Below, piece after piece: positions 55,271 through 64,000 of a stretch of 64,000 nucleotides of DNA (position 1 is its first letter; every line of letters begins with the position of its first letter). This DNA is from Chrysomallon squamiferum (taxonomy: Eukaryota > Animalia > Mollusca). The notes beneath the pieces are model-generated. The model was not told the DNA's origin. It saw nothing but the letters and a program-made list of their open reading frames with translations, and did no database searches. The stretch lies in assembly GCA_012295275.1 (NCBI GenBank), contig CM022677.1, forward strand, positions 11,842,001 to 11,906,000, written 5' to 3'. The position numbers and the translations under genes are program-made.

Positions 55271-55285
55271 GTTTTTATTATTATA

Positions 55286-55317
<32 letters not shown>

Positions 55318-55512
55318 ACATTGCAAAACATTTTCTGTTCTCAGATATAAAAGATGCTCTTTGACCCCATCTTTCATTCATACGCACACAAAACAATAGT
55401 TAATCACTGATATATCAAACACGGGACTGCACACTAAACTGGATAAGTAACTTAAGATCTATAAACACGTGTTTCAAAAGCGGGTGTCGGGGATCATGTT
55501 TCTTCTTTTCTT

Positions 55513-55562
<50 letters not shown>

Positions 55563-55800
55563 GGGAACATTAAATATGTTTTTCTCTGAAGGTAAAATAG
55601 TACACCACAGCAAGTATTTGAATATGCAAGTGTCTCAAATAGCATTCTGCTTAGCAGGACGTTGAGGTGACAGTCAGTTGATAACGTCACTACTGTGTTA
55701 CCTCTGCTTGCAATGTGTTATAGTGCTGACATCAGATACCCCGATATTCACACTCAGTGTTTTAGACATAATTTGTTCAGTCTGATCCTAGACTAACAAC

Positions 55801-55860
<60 letters not shown>

Positions 55861-56742
55861 GCCACTATAAAGTAAAAAGTCACATCCAGATTAAAGTGAT
55901 ATTTAATTAATAACATAACACATTACACTAAAAAGCTCTGTGTGGTGCTGAAAACTGAGCTTTTACTTTATAAGAATCCATTCATTTTTGTTGATAAGTT
56001 GATAATAAATGTTGTCAACATGATGCAAAACAGAGGTAAACTTAATAAAATATCGATGTAAACAGTGGTACTTTTACTAAGATGGAACGTAATTTCCGCC
56101 TCAGTCTCAATTTATTCGTATGTGCTGCACAGCTGGTAGTAAATAAACATGTAAATTCCGTCCAGTAGTCTGAAATTATCTTGAGAAATCTACGCTCACC
56201 CAAATTAAATATGATTATAAATATCTCATTGATTAAACTTGCATAACGCCGTATAAATAAAGAAAATAACACGTTATTTTATAATCACGTATCATTTTTA
56301 TTCGTATAAACTTTGCCAGGTTTTAGAAAATGTACATATATATATATAATAAACAATTAAAAAAAGAAGCATTAAGCTTATCCAGCAGCGCAGTTTATAA
56401 GCAAAGTGTAAAATCAGGGTAAATAATATTTTATATTCATTTCAAAATGTTCACCTTTTCCTCTATTTTTTATTTCACATTGTCTTAGCCTCGGAAACTT
56501 GTTTTCTAGGTAGACTGTAAAACTGATGACGTAATCGAGACCTCGCGTGACACTTTGCGTCTGCTACAAATAATATCGAATGATAATTTTAAATAAGAAA
56601 TATTTACTGGTTGACAATACTATACAAAACCAAAGCAGATATCATACGATAAAACCTACAGAACCCTCAGTGATAGATCTAGCGTCCTGTAAAATGTACA
56701 TTAATTTTTATTTTCATAAATAATAGAAAATAATTTATTATG

Positions 56743-56775
<33 letters not shown>

Positions 56776-57063
56776 GTAATTTTAATTAGTTTGATTTTAG
56801 TTGTGATCATAAATAATTATCTATATTTATTTATTTATTTATTTATTTTTGCGATATTTTCTAAAACTAAAAGAATTTTACAATCGACATTGCAAAAGTA
56901 ATTTGAAATAATTAATTTTAGAATGAACATACGACATTGAAACTAGTTTTGTAGGAGATACACAGAAAGTATATAAACTGTTAGGGAGATGTACATAAAG
57001 ATGATTGTTAAAGCTCTGTAGAATGGATGGATTTGTAGAGAAACAGATGAACAGATGTGGGTA

Positions 57064-57100
<37 letters not shown>

Positions 57101-57664
57101 GTGTGTGTGTAGATGGAAATTTGTGTTTTGTATGTTTCCAGAGGGCATGGTAGGAGAAATAGATGCAGACATAGAGAGACAGATGTGAATGTGAAAGGAT
57201 GAGTTGGTACGTACATGTTATCTGTGAAAAAGAATTAATGTTTGTTGTCAGAGAACTGTATGTGAAAGACAGTGTCCTTGTTTATGTATAAATAAATACA
57301 AGTTCCAAGTGTTTTGTTTGTTGCTGTCTTTTCAAAAAATGAACAGAAAAATGATATAAACATAGAGATAAAAAAACAGAATTAATAACTGGATTATTTT
57401 AATGATTTATTATTATACTATTGTTCTGATTTTAAATTAATGTTATTAACATTAAAAGATATTTGAAAATAGCTGAAATTAATCAGATTAAAAATAAGTT
57501 AAGTACTATTAAAACCAAGTCTGTTTCAAAACAGATTTGCAGTAATTTTTATTTTAAAGACAATGAAAATGAAATTATGTATGTCTATAATAATAATAAT
57601 TCATTATTTTTACTCAAGGTAAATATCTTTAACGTGTTTGTAAATATACAAAAAAGACTGAGTG

Positions 57665-57705
<41 letters not shown>

Positions 57706-58520
57706 ATAAATGTGTGTTTACCTAACTCAAAAAAGAGGTATATATATATGAATATATAAATAATGATTATGTCAGATTATCTTTTGCTAGATGACAACAA
57801 ATACAGAAGACGTTGATCAATATATACATAATAAAAATAAAAACATACAAAGACTATGCTTTATTTTTTCTTATATTTTTTAAAATTATTTGAATGTGCC
57901 TTAACATTTTTAATATTAAGAAAGTGAAACAATTTCAGAAATATTTTCCATTTTTATTATTATTTTTAAATAAGATGCAATGTGTTTGATTTTGTAAATG
58001 TCAGGATTTAAAAGTTAAAAACAAATAATGTTTTCTTTTTTTAAAAATATTTGTACTGCCACCCATTTATGTAACATAACCTGGTTATATTTTATTGTTG
58101 ATCAAAAAACTTGAATTTGCATAATCTTACAGTATCTCTCAGAATAAACTATACAAATTTGAATCTGAAAGCTGGAGAAATATTGCACCTATAATTCTTA
58201 AAAGTAAAGATTGTAAGGGACTATTTGAATCACTCTGTTTGTTGTCATATGCATTTCTGAACTGTTTTACCAGATTTCCCTGTGTCTATATTAGGACCCC
58301 TGCTACTCTTGCTTAAGTAAACAAGTTTCTTTCTCCAGATGATAACTTGTGCAGGGCAATTGCTAGTGATGTCTACCAATTACACTGTAACAAAATGGGA
58401 GATGCTAGATTTTTGTACAAACAAACCAGCTTTAATTTTGATTCACCTTGGAAACATTAAATACCAATTTGTACTTCATTTTCTAAAGTGATAATTATTA
58501 TTTTATTTTATATATATATT

Positions 58521-58555
<35 letters not shown>

Positions 58556-59789
58556 TTATTATTTTCATTTCTTCCCCCAGCTTTTTAATGGAATTAAACA
58601 AAAAATACAGATTATAAAACATTAGAAGACATTTCAATTTGTACATTTTTAAATTAATTTTTTGAATTGTTACAAAATGTAAAAGGCAAATTATAAAATA
58701 TTTGGGAAAATTTCATTTATGTACATTTTTTTCTCTTATTATTTTATTTTATTTTTTATCGTTTTTAAATTATTATTTCCTATTTTTAAATATTAGTTAC
58801 TGAAATAATTATATTATTCTTTCTAAAGTGGGAAGGCAAATTATAAAAACTGGCAGCAATGTCTAAACAGAAATAACTGAATATTTTATTATCTAGACAG
58901 GTTTTTAAGTAATTTCAACTTGACGATCATCATGTTTCTTCTAATTAAAAATGACAAAGTCATGGTTAATGTTATTAAAATTTTAATTTAGTTAACAGTT
59001 TTCATTAGAAATATATTATTATTATTTTATTTTTTAGAAATATGTACACAACGATCACCCCAGCAAACCACTGTTTTTCCCTGATTTAAATAATATAAAA
59101 GAAAAACTGTTTTTTTTCATTTTCTGTGGGGTTTTTTAATAAAAAATTGAAATTACCCCTAATTATATAATTTTAAATATATTTACACTATTTACCCCAA
59201 CCCTTGATTTTCTCCTGATTTAAATAATATAAAACAGAAAAATTCTTTTGTATTTCTTTTGTGTTTTTTTTTATTGTTGATACAAATTTTTAATTACCAC
59301 TAATTACAAAATTTTCAATCATATTTACATTGATTACCCCAGCAAACCCTTGATTTAAATAACATTAAAAAGATAAAACTTTTTTGTTTGTTTTTTATAA
59401 AAAATTGTAATCCCTAATTATATAATCTTCAGTCATATTTACATTGATTACACCCAGCAAATCCTCAATTTCCCCGATTTAAATAATAGTAAAAAAAGAA
59501 AGATAGAAGAAATGTTTGTTCTTTTTAATAATGATTTAAATAACATAAAAAATTAGATGATTATAAAAATTAATACCTCTATGCATTATCAAATTCATTT
59601 GAATTTATTTACAAAGATGGCATTCCATAGCAATGATGAATCTCCATTTATCTTTCAGCAAAAAACCAAGCACACATCAAAGATAAAAACAGTGCAAGCT
59701 GCTATGAAGTACAGTGTGTACACTGGATGTTCTGATCACATTGACAATGCAGTCTCTTGGAGATCACTGAGTGTTTGAAATTCAAATTA

Positions 59790-60929
59790 CATTTCAGACA
59801 GATTATCTCTTGAAAGTGTTGAGCTTTCTCTGGACAGGGAAGACTGTGATGTAATAGCATTCTGGTGCTTTAGTGAACCTCTCCTGAAAATGTGTCTTAC
59901 ATAAGTGCTGGCTAAGGCAGCTTGAATCTGTTGTCTAGGATCCTACAACAAAATATGATATTCATTAATAAACTAAACATAAAATAAAGTGCAAGTAGTA
60001 TTTTTGTTGTCAATATTTCACTGTCTTAGCAAGTAAAATTTTAGTCCACATTTTTATTTTAATAATAAAAATAATTTATTAAATGGTTTTATATTCTTAG
60101 TTTAATTTTATTTTTTCACTTTGACATAAAAGGATTAAAAGAGCAATACACCAGTAAGAGAGATTACAAAAATATGTTTTAATATATTTGAATATTTCTA
60201 TTAATTTGCTAAAATTTTGATATTTACACTGTTTTAGTCTTTTAGTTCAGTTTACGATGACTGCCAGGAATATTAAGTAAATAAACATTTTAAACCTATA
60301 TAGCAATTACATTAGGCAGTAAGAAAATGGTCTTGTAATACTGATTCTACTTGAAATACTAACATACTAGCATGATGGAAATACATTTGAGATTATTCTT
60401 ACAATCTTTAATTAACGTTTAACAATCGTTATAGTTACATCATTTACAATAAATTATTTGATTATTAAAATATTTAATTGTAACATACTTTCCTGCCACT
60501 TTAATATAAGTAAATTTTTGCCCCTTTTTTCAGATTTTACTAACAGATATTACTAACAGCAAATTACACATGTTCTGTTCACTAGTCTATTAGGCTGTCA
60601 TGCAAATTATTACAAGGTTTGTTGGTGTAATAAACCATTATTACATTGATTCTATACTATCTAAAGTAAACATCATTTATGAGACATTTATATACATTTT
60701 TCAATACTATTCTGTGCATAAAAATAAATTTTGCTTCTTTTAATTAAATCCATCCTTAATGAAATGAGCTATAAAACACAAAAGTGAATGAATAAAACAA
60801 ACCTTTATAGGAGCATTCAGTCCACACATAGACATGGATATTTTAGATCCTGGACAAAACAAAATTAAACTCATTCTTAATTAAAAAAAAAAAAAAAATT
60901 GTAGTTATATAGATTATATTTTTAATTAA

Positions 60930-60960
<31 letters not shown>

Positions 60961-63855
60961 CACGCACACACACACACTATTACAACCTAAAAACAACAAA
61001 TAATATAATTTATAAATTGTCTTCTTTTGTGTTGAAACACTAATATAAATTGCATTTTAAACCCCAACACAATAATTAAGTAGCATCAGTGACAACAAAG
61101 ATATGAATAAATTCTTAAGAGCTTTTAATGCACAAACAAATAATTTACATTATTTTTTCTTACAAAATATCTGAATTAACAGCCTTTTTCATCAATGTAT
61201 ATCTGATAAGGGCTAACAAGTCTCTTCAAGTTCTGTTTGATCTTTTTCATGTGGTTGTTTAATGTTCCCAGCACGAGTAACCATTACTTCCCACTAACAC
61301 ATGCATGGAAATGAAAGTCATTCTCTCATCTCTCTGTGAAAATATATAATGTTTATTAGTATTAAAGGTATTTTATCTGTTTTTATCAATGTAAATTATT
61401 GCTAAATATACGCGAGTATGCAACATAAAATATAAAAGGTAAAAAGAGAAACAATAAGAGTAAAACTGTAAGTGGAGAAAGTGAACAGAAAATAAGGGTA
61501 AGCAGTAGCCAAGCTGGTCAAGAAGTCGCTATTACAAGGATGTCAAATACACAGAATAACAAGATGTTCATCTGCACCATTTTATCAGTCAACACCAATT
61601 CAACAGTGTCAGCAGTCACAGTATGGTCAATACAGACAAACCTAATGATCCCACTGTCAGTATTCTGGTTTAATTTCACCAGTTGTGAACAGTCAAGATG
61701 TCAGTATAAAATTAGATTCTTTGACTAGAAAGTTAGATATAATGTATGATAAACTGGAAAAATTGGACATGATTGAAAAACATTCGAACAGTATGGAAAT
61801 AACTGTACAAGATATCAGTGGTAAACTGATTGATATTAAGAAAAAAGTGCAAGATATGGAAAAGGGTACAAACTCGCTTCATACGTGACAATTTAATCTT
61901 TAGTGGGATTCCAGAGAAAGACACAGATGAGGAGTTGAAAAGTTTTATAAAAAATGAAATGAAAGTAGACTTTGACAGATTGAATCAACCGGGGAAGAAG
62001 TTCGATGGATCTATAAGGCCTATTGTTGCTAAATTCATTTTATATAATGACATTGAAATAATGAGAAGAGCTGCACACAAAACACTTATAAACAAGCATT
62101 ATGGAGTTAATGAACAATTCCAGAAAGAAATTAATGACAGGAGATATTTACTATATCCACATTACAAACCAGCAAAAAGGCAAGCGTAAAGACTAGTGTT
62201 AAATGGTGATAAACTGTATATCGAGGTCAGGCTGTTTACACTGGGAGAGGATGGGCCAGAAGCCAGTATGACATACACCTTAAACTTCTAAACATGTGCA
62301 TTTTAATTTTCTTATTATATAGCTGTAACACATACTTCTCTGTAATCTACAGTTTATGAGAATGAAGTCATTGTCACTGTACAACTGAGTCTCATCTCCT
62401 ATAAAAACACACATTATATTTGGCCTGACTTTTATTTGTAGAATTCCCTGGTTATTAATTATTACTCCTTTTTATAAATAAATAAATAAATTAATTAATT
62501 AATAAAGTAAAAAGAACTTAAAATATTAGTGTGATCTGGTTTATAGTTGCTGTGTAATTTCATGAGTTGTCTTAAGGATTATTCTTTATTATATTATATT
62601 TTCATGTTTGCTGCTTAATTCAATATAAGAGAAAATATTATGCACATAAATTTGAGAAAAACAAATAAAATGGAAAGGTTCACAATGAATAATGTATTTA
62701 AATACCTGCTGGACAGCACCAAATACTTCAACTCTACTGGAGACTCAAGCTGCTCTTTGTTCCAAAATGTCAATTCAAATTTGTATTTATCAACAATTTC
62801 TTGAACATTTTTATCCATAACAAGCTGATTTAACTTCTGAAAATAAACAGTTTAAATCCACAGTTTAGTATATTTGTTTCTTTAATTCCTATAAATATAT
62901 GATAAATGATCTGAATGTTATTCAGTAAATACTGACATTTTCTTGTTATAAAACTATTCAATAAATTCAGTCAGCATGAATCAATATAATTATTACACTA
63001 AAAATTGAAATATAACCGTTTTTAAATATTTTGTTTTGTATTCTAATGAGATTTAATGATGCAGTTACCAATTCAAATTATTTACTGAAAGATAATCTAA
63101 ATCTAGACAGATAAAATAAACATGAATTTGAATCATATAATTAAAGTTAAAGTAGAATTTTTCATTCAGAAACACCTTCAACAAAATTAATAAGATCTGT
63201 TTTTCTGTATGAACTGATTTCACACATACCTCAACAGCATTCCTTAAGCCATGTAGTTCTTGGTCATATTTTTGTGAGTTAAGAAGAAACTGTTTTGATT
63301 ACTCCTAGTTCAAATATAAGCTAAAAAGAAATAAAACAATGCTAATGGAAGTATTCTAAGTCACCTGCTGCTCAACTTCCAGGCTTTTGTCTTTGCCACT
63401 GTCATGCACAGTGTCTTTCTTTGCCTGGTTTTAGTACAATCAAGTTATTCAAGTTATTGTAGTTAATTACTACAACAACAACAATTATTACTACTATTAC
63501 TACTACTGCTGCTGTTATACTACTCTTCTTGTTACATTTATCGTAAACAATTTCTCTAAAAAGAACTACTATCAGTACTGCTGCTACTACTACCACTACA
63601 ACCAGTCTCACAAGATACATTACTATTACAAAGCTTTGGAGATAGCATCATCAAGTAAAACATCACCAAGACCAATTCTACATCATTACTGCAAAAAGTA
63701 GTTTATTTTTAATGCTACAAGTACTAATGCTATAACAACTACATTACTACAACAATGGCAATGACTGCTACTACTACTATAACAACAACCTCTATAGATG
63801 TTCTTGTTCTGCCATATTCTTTGATGACATTTCTCTCCTGTGGTGATCTCACAGA
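59790..63855 (-). pseudogene. Second, more decayed copy of the unidentified 15-18 kb gene (intact exon 62706-62836; DPRQQIQAALAST exon at about 59900-59942)
   Basis: Homology to 16479-16609, 17125-17190 and 15000-15036. Other exons are truncated or replaced. Confidence 0.55.
61418..62245 (+). mobile_element. LINE ORF1p remnant (coiled coil plus RRM/CTD, Transposase_22-like), no ORF2
   Basis: Heptad-like LDSLTRKLDIMYDKLEKLDMIEK.., then RDNLIFSGIPE..RPIVAKF..YGVNEQF..EINDRR..L.P..DKLYI. Frameshift and stops present. Absent from copy A. Confidence 0.85.
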
Positions 63856-64000
63856 ATTTTTTTAATTGATTTACCTTTGAAGTTATATATGTATCTGTCA
63901 GAGAGGGAGAGAGGGAGAGAGAGAGAGAGAGAGAGAGAGGGAGAAGGAGGGAGGGAGGGAGGGAGAGAGAGAGAGAGAGTAATTCCAGTGGCAGCAAACT

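Overview
AT-rich, microsatellite-laden eukaryotic (invertebrate, probably molluscan; this is inference from the TNF gene style and repeat landscape) genomic window with a 200-N scaffold gap at 49939-50138. Most ORFs in the supplied track are artefacts of simple repeats, and the real genes are spliced. Main content: (1) A 4-exon, minus-strand TNF-superfamily ligand gene in two near-identical copies. Copy B (50845-52916) is intact at about 302 aa. Copy A (6331-8720) has a locally garbled last exon. A 76-bp third fragment sits at 3725-3800. Copies A and B lie inside a segmental duplication (about 5.6-18.1 kb vs 50.1-64 kb). (2) Two inverted, complementarily decayed copies of an RI-type leucine-rich-repeat gene (21.2-25.8 kb minus; 33.5-37.1 kb plus). 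(3) An unidentified exon chain at 15-18.7 kb, partly duplicated at 59.8-63.9 kb. (4) An apparently intact, unidentified 3-transmembrane protein gene (43.5-49.9 kb, minus) with a stalk built from 18-21-nt micro-exons, two of which are enclosed by a 106-bp near-perfect inverted repeat. (5) piggyBac, MULE and LINE-ORF1 remnants, satellites and minisatellites. I found no rRNA, tRNA or CRISPR. All gene models were made by hand from GT-AG sites and phase consistency, and no database search was possible.
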